Assembly: GCA_938015445.1 (NCBI GenBank)
Contig: CALLPE010000011.1
Coordinates: 29,438 to 93,437, forward strand
DNA: 64,000 nucleotides
Source of the DNA: an uncultured Pirellulales bacterium
Lineage (GTDB): Bacteria > Planctomycetota > Planctomycetia > Pirellulales > Thermoguttaceae
Direction of reading: 5' to 3'
Below are positions 40,258 to 49,660 of this stretch, piece by piece. The notes below the pieces were generated by a model. The model searched no databases. It had not been told where the DNA came from and saw only the letters and a program-made list of their open reading frames with translations. Numbering within the stretch: the stretch's first letter is position 1; every line of letters starts with the position of its first letter. Both the position numbers and the translations under genes were made by a program.

Positions 40258-41439
40258 TCAGTCGGTTTTATTGGTGCTGCCCAGGGCAGCGCTTAGTTTA
40301 AGTTTCTGGCGTGCCAGCCTGTGGAACAGCTCCCATCGCGCCTGGATTTCGTCCAAGCTATCGCCGCCGAACTTTTCCACAATAGCGCGGGCGATCTCGA
40401 AGGCTACGACGTTTTCCACGATGCAACTGGCGGCGGCCACTGCGCAGATGTCGCTGCGCTCGTAGGACGCCTGCTGAGGCTGCAAAGTGCCGAGATTGAC
40501 CGACGGCAACGGCTTGGCCAGCGTGCTGATGGGCTTCTTGGCGGCGCGGACGACGATGGGCTGAGAGTTACTCATGCCCGCTTCCAACCCGCCGGCGTTG
40601 TTGCTGGGACGCACAAAGCCCAAGTTGGGGCGGTCGATTTGGCTTGGATCGAACTGGATTGGATCGTGTACTTGTGAGCCACGTCGGCTGGCCACTTGGA
40701 AGCCCAGCCCGATCTCAACCCCTTTTATCGCCTGTACCGACATCACCGCGCGAGCCAGCCGGCCGTCCAATTTGCGGTCCCACTGGGTATGGCTTCCCAG
40801 TCCGAAGGGGACGCCATGCACTTGCACTTCGACTATTCCGCCGAGTGTGTCGCCCTGCTTGCCGACGGAATCTATCAACGTCTGCACCTCGGCGTCCTTG
40901 CTTGGGTCGAGCGAATAAATGACGCTTTGACTTCGCAGTTGGAGCTGCTGGTCGATCGTACCGGGGGTTGGCGGTATGGCCACTGGGCCGACTTGCACCA
41001 CGTAGCCGAAGCAAGTTATTCCCAGCGGCTGTAGCAATTGTTTAGCCAAGGCTCCGACGGCCACCCGGGCAACGGTTTCCCGCGCACTTGCCCTCTCCAA
41101 CACCCCGCGAATACTGCCCAGGTGTTTAATCGCGCCAGCAAGATCGCCGTGCCCTGGTCGGGGCCGGTCAAGGTCATCCATGCGATCGATTTTGTAATCT
41201 TTGTTTTCAATCAGCAGGGCGATGGGACTGCCAATTGTTACACCCCGCCACAGGCCGCTTAGCACCTGAACCTGGTCCGACTCAATACGTTGTCGGCCGC
41301 CGCGTCCATAACCGCCTTGCCGACGCTTTAGTTCGCCGTCGATGGCAGCCGAATCTATCGACACCCCGGCCGGAAAGCCGTCGACAATCGCCACCATCGC
41401 CTTGCCGTGTGATTCCCCGGCGGTCAAATAACGCAACAT
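40258..41439 (-). CDS. aroC: Chorismate synthase.
   Basis: 'MLRYLTAGESHGKAMVAIVDGFPAG' (compare B. subtilis AroC 'MRYLTAGESHG') and 'GRSSARETV'-type motifs. The ORF opens at 41475. Confidence 0.92.
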   Translation of the reverse strand: MLRYLTAGESHGKAMVAIVDGFPAGVSIDSAAIDGELKRRQGGYGRGGRQRIESDQVQVLSGLWRGVTIGSPIALLIENKDYKIDRMDDLDRPRPGHGDLAGAIKHLGSIRGVLERASARETVARVAVGALAKQLLQPLGITCFGYVVQVGPVAIPPTPGTIDQQLQLRSQSVIYSLDPSKDAEVQTLIDSVGKQGDTLGGIVEVQVHGVPFGLGSHTQWDRKLDGRLARAVMSVQAIKGVEIGLGFQVASRRGSQVHDPIQFDPSQIDRPNLGFVRPSNNAGGLEAGMSNSQPIVVRAAKKPISTLAKPLPSVNLGTLQPQQASYERSDICAVAAASCIVENVVAFEIARAIVEKFGGDSLDEIQARWELFHRLARQKLKLSAALGSTNKTD

Positions 41440-41672
41440 ATTGCTTAACAATACTTTACAACCACAGTCGCGCAAAATGGCAGGTTGCTGAGGCTACCGG
41501 ATGCCGCAGCATAACGCGCGAATTGTAATCGGCTGGTACCCCAGAGTGTAGGGCGATTTTGGCCAATTGCCGCTCTTGCCGCTCAATGTTCGTGTGGAAA
41601 AGAGCAAAACAACAGAAGAATCGTCTCCACCCGGCGGCGGGGCAAAGGCTTGCAGCCCGGCTGGCAAACTTA

Positions 41673-42551
41673 TCAGGTTAATTGCCGGCCGGTAATGCGC
41701 TGGTAGGCTTCCAGGTATTTTTCTCGGGTTTTCTGTACCACATCGTCCGGCAGTGGCGGCGGAGGGCTGTTCTTGTCCCAACTGGTCGAAGACAGCCAAT
41801 CGCGGACATACTGCTTGTCGAACGACGGTTGGCTGCGGCCCGGCTGGTATTGGTCGGCAGGCCAAAAACGGGAGCTATCCGGGGTGAGCACCTCGTCGAT
41901 CAGGATCAGTTCGTCGCCTGCCCAGCCGAACTCGAACTTCGTGTCGGCGATAATAATTCCCCGTTGCAACGCGTATTCCGCTCCGCGGCGGAATATCTCC
42001 AAACTCCTACGCCGGAGTTCTTCTGCCACTGAACGGCCGGCGATTTCCACCATGCGCTCGAAGCTGATGTTCTCGTCGTGCCCGGTGGCGGCCTTGGTGG
42101 CCGGGGTGAAGATAGGCTCGGGTAGCTGCGCGCTTTCCTGCAACCCGGCCGGTAAGGGAATCCCGCACACCGTGCCACTGCGCTGATACTCCGCCCAGCC
42201 AGAGCCAGCTAAGTAACCACGCACCACGCACTCTACAGGTACAACCTGGGCCTTGCGGCAAAGGGTTGTGCGGCCGGCCAGCAGCGAGCGATCCACCTCG
42301 TCGGGCAAATCCATCTGGTTTACGTCTGTGGTAATCACATGATTCGGCTCGCCCAGCAAATCGAACCAAAAAGCAGCAATCTGCGTCAGCACACGGCCTT
42401 TATCGGGGATAGGCGTGGGCAGGACCCAGTCGAACGCACTGATCCGATCGGTGCTGACCAGCAACAACTTGTCGCCCAAGTCGTAAATGTCGCGCACTTT
42501 TCCGCGGCGGACGGGAAGGCCGGGGATCACGGTCTCCGAGATCACTCGCAT
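41673..42551 (-). CDS. purC: Phosphoribosylaminoimidazole-succinocarboxamide (SAICAR) synthase.
   Basis: '[25 protein letters not shown]' and 'ADTKFEFG' motifs. The ORF opens at 42581. Confidence 0.92.
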   Translation of the reverse strand: MRVISETVIPGLPVRRGKVRDIYDLGDKLLLVSTDRISAFDWVLPTPIPDKGRVLTQIAAFWFDLLGEPNHVITTDVNQMDLPDEVDRSLLAGRTTLCRKAQVVPVECVVRGYLAGSGWAEYQRSGTVCGIPLPAGLQESAQLPEPIFTPATKAATGHDENISFERMVEIAGRSVAEELRRRSLEIFRRGAEYALQRGIIIADTKFEFGWAGDELILIDEVLTPDSSRFWPADQYQPGRSQPSFDKQYVRDWLSSTSWDKNSPPPPLPDDVVQKTREKYLEAYQRITGRQLT

Positions 42552-43130
42552 CTGAACAATTCTCCTCGCGCTAAAAAGCATCTACCCACGCTTATTGTGC
42601 TCCGAAACGACCACCGTTGTCGCCCAAACGCTGGTCGCAACCATACTGATAACGGTGGCATCGACTCGTTGTGTACGCATCATCGCCGACTGCACCGTCT
42701 GCCTGTCACGCCGAGCAGCCTCGAACAGGGTGCCCAAACGCGGTCAAACGCAAATTGATACACTATACGAGCCGAGTTGTCCAGCAGCTTGACGCGAGCT
42801 GCCTGCCAGCCGCAGCCAGGCACTGCGTTAGTCCGTTGGCTTTCGCGGCTATAACAAAACGACCGTGCCCGGTACTCTGCACCCATGGGCAGCCGGATGA
42901 ATGACAGCATTCCAGCAGCGTACAAAAGAAAATCTGAAATCGGACTGTCCGAAATCCGAATAAACGTCTGTTGCAAAGTGCCGCCAAGTTGCTATGCTTT
43001 AACAGTAGTGTTGTTCGGCAGCCTTCACGGCTGCACCGGGGAGCGAGGGTTTGAGTACGCCCACGAGACCCGTCACTGTTTGGCCGTGCGTAGTCGTTTC
43101 GACTGCGCCTTGCGAGGAGTGTGTTAGGTT

Positions 43131-43418
43131 ATGAAGAAATTGTTTGTTGGCGGGTTGAGTTGGGGCACAACCGACGAGGGTTTGCATCAGGCGTTTTCCC
43201 GGTTCGGCGAAATCGTCGAAGCCAAGGTAATCACCGACCGTGACACGGGACGTTCCCGCGGATTCGGTTTCGTGACTTTCGCTGCCGACGAAGGTGCCGA
43301 TCAGGCCATCGCCGAAATGGACGGCGCCCAATTGGACGGGCGGACTATCAAGGTGAACGAGGCCGAAAACCAAGGCGCTCGTCGCGGGGGCCACGGTTCG
43401 TTCCGTCGCCGCCGCTAG
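43131..43418 (+). CDS. Glycine/arginine-tailed RRM-domain RNA-binding protein.
   Basis: RNP-2 'KLFVGGL' and RNP-1 'RGFGFVTF', C-terminal 'RRGGHGSFRRRR'. The gene is preceded by a 5' leader or intergenic region of about 550 nt. Confidence 0.9.
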   Translation: MKKLFVGGLSWGTTDEGLHQAFSRFGEIVEAKVITDRDTGRSRGFGFVTFAADEGADQAIAEMDGAQLDGRTIKVNEAENQGARRGGHGSFRRRR

Positions 43419-43844
43419 CAAAGCGGCTATAGGCCTCTGTCTAGGCTGGCATTTCACCGCTTAGCGCGCTGAGCGCTGGGGGTGCGCGCGTGCAGGCCGT
43501 CGCCGTACGACCATCTCTCGCGCGACCACCTCTTGCACGACCATCTCTAGCGCAACGACCGATCGCCTGCTGCGGGGATGCTCGGTTTTCTGCCACGCTT
43601 TGGCGCGTGTTTTTCCGCCGCCCAGGGCCGGTCAGGACCACGCTGGCCTGTTCGGGCCGCCTAAAGCCGCACTGCTCGGCGTTCCATCGTGACCTCCAAC
43701 GGTCTAGAATGAAGCTGATAGCTCGTTTGGGCCCGCAAAGCGCAAACGATTAGCGCTTGCGGCGTAGCGCTGCCGAATTCGCACAATCAATGGCTGATGC
43801 ATCGGACGGCCGCAAAGCGTCGCCGTGAAGCAATCCAGCAAACG

Positions 43845-45233
43845 ATGTCCTACCAGCTCGCCCAGGCGCAGCCCGAGCCGCTACAGTTCCTGTTTGCCCG
43901 CGTGGATTACGAGAAGCTCCACGCCAGTTACGACTACGCGCAGGCGCTGGGGCTAAAGCGAATCGGTCAGTTGCTCCAGCGGATCGGCGATCCGCATCTC
44001 CATTTGCCCGTCGTACACGTGGCCGGCAGCAAAGGCAAAGGGTCCGCAGCGGCGATGATTGCGGCGATATTATCCCAGGCCGGGTATCGCACCGGACTTT
44101 ACACTTCACCGCACTTGGAACGGATGGAAGAGCGGATTGGGATCGACGGACGTTGCTGCACGCCGTCGGAATTGTGCGCGCTGGTAGAACAGATTCGCCC
44201 GGCGGTCGAGCAACTCGACGAGCAAGCGGCTGCCGAAAAATCGATCGGCCCTACCTTATTCGAGATACTCACGGCCATGGCGCTGCGGTACTTCGTCGAT
44301 CGCCGGGCGCAAATCGCCGTGTTGGAGGTTGGGCTTGGCGGTCGGTTGGACGCCACCAACGTGTGCCGCCCGGCGGTGTGCGTCATCACCAGCATCAGTT
44401 TCGACCACACACAACAGCTTGGCAGCACACTGGAGGCGATCGCCGGGGAAAAGGCGGGCATCATCAAGCCGGGCGTGCCGGTGGTCAGCGGCGTGACCGA
44501 AGACGAGCCGCGCGCCGTGATCCGCCACACCTGCCGAAGCCTTGGTTGCCGACTGCTGGAATTAGGCGTGGATTTCGATTTCCGCTATTATCCGGCCCGG
44601 CACCTCGAGCAGGCCGACTGTCCGGCGCGGCTCGATTTTCTTTCGCCGCCGGACATGGCCGTCGAACAGTTGCAGGGGTTGGATCTTACGCTTCTCGGAT
44701 CCCACCAGGCAGCCAACGCGGCTGTTGCGGTGGCAGCGGTACTTCAGTTGGCACAGCAAGGCTGGCATGTATCGGCGGAGGCCATCAGGCGGGCATTGGG
44801 TGGGTTGCGCTGGCCCGGGCGGATCGAACTGCTCGCGCGCCGTCCGGCGGTCATCCTCGACGCGGCCCACAACGTAGCTTCCGTGCAAGCACTGGTCCGC
44901 ACCGTAGAAGAAAGTTTTTCGGTCGCCCGACGGGTGTTGATCTTCGGCACTACACAAGACAAAGACGTGCCCGGCATGTTGGCTTGCCTACTGCCCCGGT
45001 TCGACGAAGTGGTACTGACCCAATACACCACTAACCCCCGCGCCGTACCGGCCGAGCGGTTGGGGGCCATGGCCACACAGATGACCGGACGACACTACCC
45101 AGTGTACGCTCACCCAGAACAAGCCTGGCGACTGGCCCGCAGACTGGCCAAACCCGAGGACCTGATTTGCATCACCGGCTCGTTCTACTTGGCTGGGCAG
45201 ATGCGGGCCATAATCGGCGCCGGGCCGCAGTAG
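43845..45233 (+). CDS. folC: Folylpolyglutamate synthase/dihydrofolate synthase.
   Basis: 'HVAGSKGKGS' P-loop, 'TSPHLERMEERI' and Mur-ligase-family architecture. The ORF opens at 43797. Confidence 0.88.
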   Translation: MSYQLAQAQPEPLQFLFARVDYEKLHASYDYAQALGLKRIGQLLQRIGDPHLHLPVVHVAGSKGKGSAAAMIAAILSQAGYRTGLYTSPHLERMEERIGIDGRCCTPSELCALVEQIRPAVEQLDEQAAAEKSIGPTLFEILTAMALRYFVDRRAQIAVLEVGLGGRLDATNVCRPAVCVITSISFDHTQQLGSTLEAIAGEKAGIIKPGVPVVSGVTEDEPRAVIRHTCRSLGCRLLELGVDFDFRYYPARHLEQADCPARLDFLSPPDMAVEQLQGLDLTLLGSHQAANAAVAVAAVLQLAQQGWHVSAEAIRRALGGLRWPGRIELLARRPAVILDAAHNVASVQALVRTVEESFSVARRVLIFGTTQDKDVPGMLACLLPRFDEVVLTQYTTNPRAVPAERLGAMATQMTGRHYPVYAHPEQAWRLARRLAKPEDLICITGSFYLAGQMRAIIGAGPQ

Positions 45234-45280
45234 CGACGTGGCAATCGTACTTAGTCCACACGGCGCAACGGCACACCGCC

Positions 45281-45415
45281 GCAAGCCACCCACCGCCGAT
45301 GCAAGCCACCTGCTACAAAGCGCAAGCCGTGTGCCAGAAAACGCAAGCCGTGTGCGGCAAAAGGCAAGCAAGGTGCGCCCCGCGGCTTTGCTGGAAAACG
45401 CAAGCTATCTGCGAC
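45281..45415. repeat. Five to six degenerate tandem copies of a 20-21-nt unit beginning GCAAGCC (for example AAACGCAAGCCGTGTGC) between the convergent folC and DUF3467 genes.
   Basis: Units start at 45281, 45301, 45322, 45343, 45364 and about 45399. Confidence 0.6.
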
Positions 45416-45451
45416 AGGCGGCTTTCGCCTCGCTGCCTATAGCAGAGAACG

Positions 45452-45844
45452 TTACGGCTGGCCTGCCGCACCAGGGCGCAGTCGCTTCTGCACATCGATT
45501 TCGATGGCCCCGAACATCTGCTCGTGGCGCTGCACGGTCATCTGCAAAGCGTACAGCAGCCGCTTGGCGGTGTACATGTTGATGATGATCCGATGGCTTA
45601 CCGCAATCGGACTGGTCGGCATGTTGAACGGCTGCGGATTCAGTCCGAAGTCGATAATCAATTCCTCTGGTGTACCGGTTACGCGGCAGAAGTTTGCGTA
45701 AGCGGCTACTGCCCGCGAGTCATCCACTTCCAGTTGCACCCGCTGCGATTGTTGGCTCGCACCGGGCTGTGCTCCGGAGGCAGCACTACCTGTGCTAGGC
45801 GATGGTTCGCTAAGTTTTTCCGGATTGTCTGGTAAGTTCGACAC
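45452..45844 (-). CDS. DUF3467-family protein.
   Basis: 'YANFCRVTGTPEELIIDFGLN' core conserved in DUF3467 proteins. Confidence 0.7.
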   Translation of the reverse strand: MSNLPDNPEKLSEPSPSTGSAASGAQPGASQQSQRVQLEVDDSRAVAAYANFCRVTGTPEELIIDFGLNPQPFNMPTSPIAVSHRIIINMYTAKRLLYALQMTVQRHEQMFGAIEIDVQKRLRPGAAGQP

Positions 45845-46127
45845 CTGGCTGCTCCCTGGGTAATGAGCTGTTGTGGGATGTTCCGCCGCGGGTATTATTT
45901 TCGGCCGTTCTGGCCAGCTCTGCCGCCCGACGGGCGAGGGCGGCCGCTAGATTGTGGCCGTTTCGCAATTGGCCCGAGACACCATTGCTCCCGGGCAGGA
46001 CATTTGAAGGATCGGGCATACCGGCTGGCAGCAATCATAGCGGTTTTCGGGAGACTTTGATAGGCGGGATCCCGCGTCCGCTTTCCTGCTTTACTACATG
46101 CCCGGAGCGATGCCGTTTGCATCTTTC

Positions 46128-46167
46128 AGAGTGTGTGCATCATTTAAAGAGTGTGTGCATCATTTAA
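46128..46167. repeat. Perfect 20-bp tandem duplication AGAGTGTGTGCATCATTTAA x2 in an AT-richer intergenic stretch.
   Basis: Exact duplication read directly, followed by 'GATATTTGCATCC'. About 280 nt upstream of the DUF3467 gene start, on the minus strand. Confidence 0.8.
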
Positions 46168-46305
46168 GATATTTGCATCCTTGAAGTGGACCGCCGTTAG
46201 AGCGGCAAGATTCAGACGGTCTAACAAAACAGAACCTTCATTAGATTCTGCTAGCCTTGCTACTAGTGAATGCTGGGCCAGGAAAAGCAGTTTTATTAGA
46301 GGCTT

Positions 46306-46650
46306 TTAGCGTCTTTGCGTCGTGGCAATGGTGCTGGCCTCTGCGGCCAATGCGGTCGCGTTTGGAGTGGCTCTGTCGGTCGCTGCCGACTCGAAGCCGA
46401 AGGCCTCGACAGCTCGCGGCTTGACCGGATCGGTGAACTTCAGACCGGCAATGCTTTGGTAAGGCAGCACCGCTGCGCGGCCTCCGATAGAGTCGGGCGT
46501 GGTGCGCTCGATAAACAAGAAGCCCCGACTGACCAGGAAACCGCAGAAGGGAATCTGCTCGCCGAACGTCGTGACCAGCACGCCCCGACGCGGCATTTCT
46601 TTCGGCCAAGCCAGGAACAATTCCTGCCAATGCGTTTCGCAGTGTTCCAT
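46306..46650 (-). CDS. Hypothetical small protein (114 aa) downstream of the giant membrane-protein pair.
   Basis: ORF only, with no recognisable motif. Same strand as the upstream genes and 190 nt after them. Confidence 0.4.
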   Translation of the reverse strand: MEHCETHWQELFLAWPKEMPRRGVLVTTFGEQIPFCGFLVSRGFLFIERTTPDSIGGRAAVLPYQSIAGLKFTDPVKPRAVEAFGFESAATDRATPNATALAAEASTIATTQRR

Positions 46651-46840
46651 AGATGGTTTTCTCGGTTAACAAAAATCGCTTGCCGACGGTAAGCGTACTT
46701 AGCGGCTGCTGCGATTGGACTTACGCCTATGACAAGAATAGCTTGTATTGGGCGGGAAAGACGGGGCACACTTGCCGCTAGCTCTGCTGGCAGGACCGGC
46801 TTAGCAGGCGGCTTCCCCAAAGCGCGCGGTTATAGCATCT

Positions 46841-49660
46841 CTACGGCGAGACCGAGGGCGGCTTATCGTCGGCGGGCTGCTGCTTTTCGAGCACTTTGGG
46901 TTTGCCTTGCACGATGGCGTCGATGAGCAAGTACTGCAAGTTGAACACTTGCATCAAGGCGTCATCGGGGATGACATCCAGCAGGAATCCCATGTTGGCG
47001 TCGCAGAAGCGGTTGCCGAAGCCCACTACCCAGACTTCCCCTTTACCGTACTTGGCCCTGCTGCCTACAGGTGTGCCGCCTAGACGTGCAAACGGCTCGC
47101 CACCCGACACTTCTCGGGCGTGCGCCACCGGCACGCGCGGCCAGTTCCAATCCGGCTGGAGCAGCCCGGCGGGTTCCTCCATGGCACGCAGCTCGATGCC
47201 GAAAGGCTCCAATAGCACGTTGGCGGTGGACTGCTCATTGTCGGCCGAGTCGATCAGCAGCAGCTTGCCGCCGTCGGCCACGTACTGTTCCAGCCGCTGA
47301 AGGTAGCGTGGGGAAGGCTGCCGATTCGGATAGATGACCACCACCACGTCGGGGCGCGAAGACGCTCGGTCCGTACGGCCGAATACTTCCAGGCCTTTGC
47401 GTTGGGCGGTGAAGTAGCCCAATCGCAGTATCCAGCGCTCGAAGATGCCGAACCCTTGCTGTTGGCCGGTGATGAAGCCGTTTTTGGGGAGCACGGCTGC
47501 GCTGACGGTGCGGTCCATCGCCAAGCGCACTAGTGGGCTGTGCGGTTCCGGGGGTGGCATCGCCCGGTGATAGCCCCACAGAATCACCGGCCCACAAAGC
47601 CCGAACCCGCACAATCCGGCCCCCAGCAACGTGAACCACGAGTCGGTCCAATGGGCGGCAAGAACGACCGCCGCTACCAGTGCCATAATCCCCAGGGCGA
47701 ACCACAGCCAGCGGGGCAGGAGGTAATCGTTGCGGCGGTGGAGCCACTCGATCATGTTGATCCACAGTTCGGCCTTGCCAGGCTCGAAGGTGCAGAAGTT
47801 CGAGAAGATGGTCGAATCGCTAAAAGCCAGTACGCGACCTTTGCCGTATCGGGTGGCCCAGAGCTGAACGAACGCGCCGTAGCGCATCTCTGGGCTGTCG
47901 ACGGCTTGCGGGTAGAAGTTGCGTACATGATAATCGGCCATGCGGTTTTTCAGTCCTGTGCCCAGTATGGCCGCTCTCCCGCCCCCAAACGGCTCGATAG
48001 TAGCCGAGGTGGCGAAGTCCATCTCCTCCACGTGTAGCACTGCCGGATGGGGCAGCAGCGTGCGGCGGTACACATCGTCGAAGAACGAGTCGATGCCGAA
48101 GGCGCAATCCAGTCGGAAGCGGAAACCGAAGCGCTCGGCAATCGGATTCAAATACGTGCTGGTACCGTATACATCGGTATGTTCGCCGATTAGCAGCAGA
48201 CCGCCTCCCCGTTCCACGAAGCGGACGACGGATTCGATCTCCTCGTCCGAAAAAGGCCGGGTGGGAACTTTTATTATCAGCACGGCGCAGCCCAACAGCA
48301 TCTTGTCGTCCAGCGGGGTGGCCACTCGCTTGAAGTCGTAGAACTTGGCGCTGTAGTTGGCGATGGAGTAGTAGTTGTAATTGGCGTCGTGTCCGTACCA
48401 GGTGACGTCGTAGGGCCTATCGACCCGCTCCCAGACTTTATTCGGATCAGGATTGTATTCCTCTACCAACACCTCGCCTCGCACCCGGTAGCCCGGCGGA
48501 TCATAGCACACCGCCGCCGTCAGCACCGCGCCGGCCAGCAGCGCGCACACAACGGCAGCCACCGGCCTGAACCACGCCGGCAGTCGCTCTAGTAGCTTTT
48601 GAGGCCCGCGATAGCGTTGGCGGGCTTCGCTTGCCAGTCGGGTGATAAGTGGTTGCGGGCTTGGGTGCTGGCCCTCAGCCGCAGCAGGCGCCGCAGTAAA
48701 ACGCCAACTCATCACCGCCGGCGGCAGAATCATCAACAGGTGTAGCCAAGGATTCCAAAAGATGCGCATGGCTTCCAATGGGGCGTCGTAGTCGGTGCGC
48801 AGCACATCGTTCAGGTACAGGGCGATCATCACTCCGGCTCGCACCGGAAGCCACAATGCCGTAAGCAGTACCACCATCCCCAGCCGCGAAAGCCAACGCA
48901 GCCACCACCAACGCTTTTGGGAATTCGCCGGGGTTTGCCACGCCAAATACACGGCAGACCCGACCAGGAAGCACATCGTCACCGGTCCGACCAGCAAATC
49001 CCAGGTAGGCGCCAGTCGATGGTTTTCCCGCATCGAAAACACCGTGACCATCTGGCCGTACAACCACGAGTGGCTAGCGCAAGCGTCCACTCCCAGCATT
49101 CGTACCACGGCGGCCAGCAGGTTGCTGAGCAGCGGCGGCAGATCGTGCGATCGGGCCGTAAGAGTCTGATACGCCCACAGCGACAACCATTGGGCGAGCA
49201 TGATCGCGCCGCCGGCGATCATCGCCCCGCCAACCCGCTGCCCTGCCCCGGTTAGCCGGCGAGATAAAGCCGTCGTTTGCAAAACCGCTGCGCCCAACAC
49301 CAACAGCACCATCGCTGCCGGATACGGCAGCAACTCGGCTGGTTTGTCTTGTACCCAGGCGCGCCAGTACGGCCACAGCGAAAAGACAAGCGCCGGGGTG
49401 ATCAATCCGGCAGCGAGCAACGCTTGAGACCGCGTGGGCGCCCCGCCGATTCCGCTGGCCAACAGCGCGATACCCAACACGACCATCAGGCCCCAGGCAG
49501 GCCAGGTCGAATCGGGGTACGCCTCCAGACGCAGCATTAGGGCCACTTGTTCAGCCAGCACATCCCACTGCTGCGGCCACTTGGTTTGACGATAGTGGCT
49601 CACACCCCATAGCCACGAGGCCGATAGCAACGCCACGCCAATCCACCCCAGCAGTCTCAC
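46841..49660 (-). CDS. Giant polytopic membrane protein (939 aa) with two GldG/ThuA-like (class-I glutamine-amidotransferase-like, DUF4350-like) extracytoplasmic domains.
   Basis: Multiple N-terminal TM helices. 'VLIIKVPTRPFSDEEIESVVRFVERGGGLLLIGEHT ... RVLAFSDSTIFSNF' and 'VVVVIYPNRQPSPRYLQRLEQYVADGGKLLLIDSADN ... VWVVGFGNRF'. Its start overlaps the stop of the upstream gene by 4 nt. Confidence 0.7.
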   Translation of the reverse strand: MRLLGWIGVALLSASWLWGVSHYRQTKWPQQWDVLAEQVALMLRLEAYPDSTWPAWGLMVVLGIALLASGIGGAPTRSQALLAAGLITPALVFSLWPYWRAWVQDKPAELLPYPAAMVLLVLGAAVLQTTALSRRLTGAGQRVGGAMIAGGAIMLAQWLSLWAYQTLTARSHDLPPLLSNLLAAVVRMLGVDACASHSWLYGQMVTVFSMRENHRLAPTWDLLVGPVTMCFLVGSAVYLAWQTPANSQKRWWWLRWLSRLGMVVLLTALWLPVRAGVMIALYLNDVLRTDYDAPLEAMRIFWNPWLHLLMILPPAVMSWRFTAAPAAAEGQHPSPQPLITRLASEARQRYRGPQKLLERLPAWFRPVAAVVCALLAGAVLTAAVCYDPPGYRVRGEVLVEEYNPDPNKVWERVDRPYDVTWYGHDANYNYYSIANYSAKFYDFKRVATPLDDKMLLGCAVLIIKVPTRPFSDEEIESVVRFVERGGGLLLIGEHTDVYGTSTYLNPIAERFGFRFRLDCAFGIDSFFDDVYRRTLLPHPAVLHVEEMDFATSATIEPFGGGRAAILGTGLKNRMADYHVRNFYPQAVDSPEMRYGAFVQLWATRYGKGRVLAFSDSTIFSNFCTFEPGKAELWINMIEWLHRRNDYLLPRWLWFALGIMALVAAVVLAAHWTDSWFTLLGAGLCGFGLCGPVILWGYHRAMPPPEPHSPLVRLAMDRTVSAAVLPKNGFITGQQQGFGIFERWILRLGYFTAQRKGLEVFGRTDRASSRPDVVVVIYPNRQPSPRYLQRLEQYVADGGKLLLIDSADNEQSTANVLLEPFGIELRAMEEPAGLLQPDWNWPRVPVAHAREVSGGEPFARLGGTPVGSRAKYGKGEVWVVGFGNRFCDANMGFLLDVIPDDALMQVFNLQYLLIDAIVQGKPKVLEKQQPADDKPPSVSP

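Noticed and set aside
43456-43480. Short hairpin AGCGC-gctga-GCGCT after the RRM gene as a terminator.
   Set aside because: Only a 5-bp stem with no U-tract, which is too weak to call.
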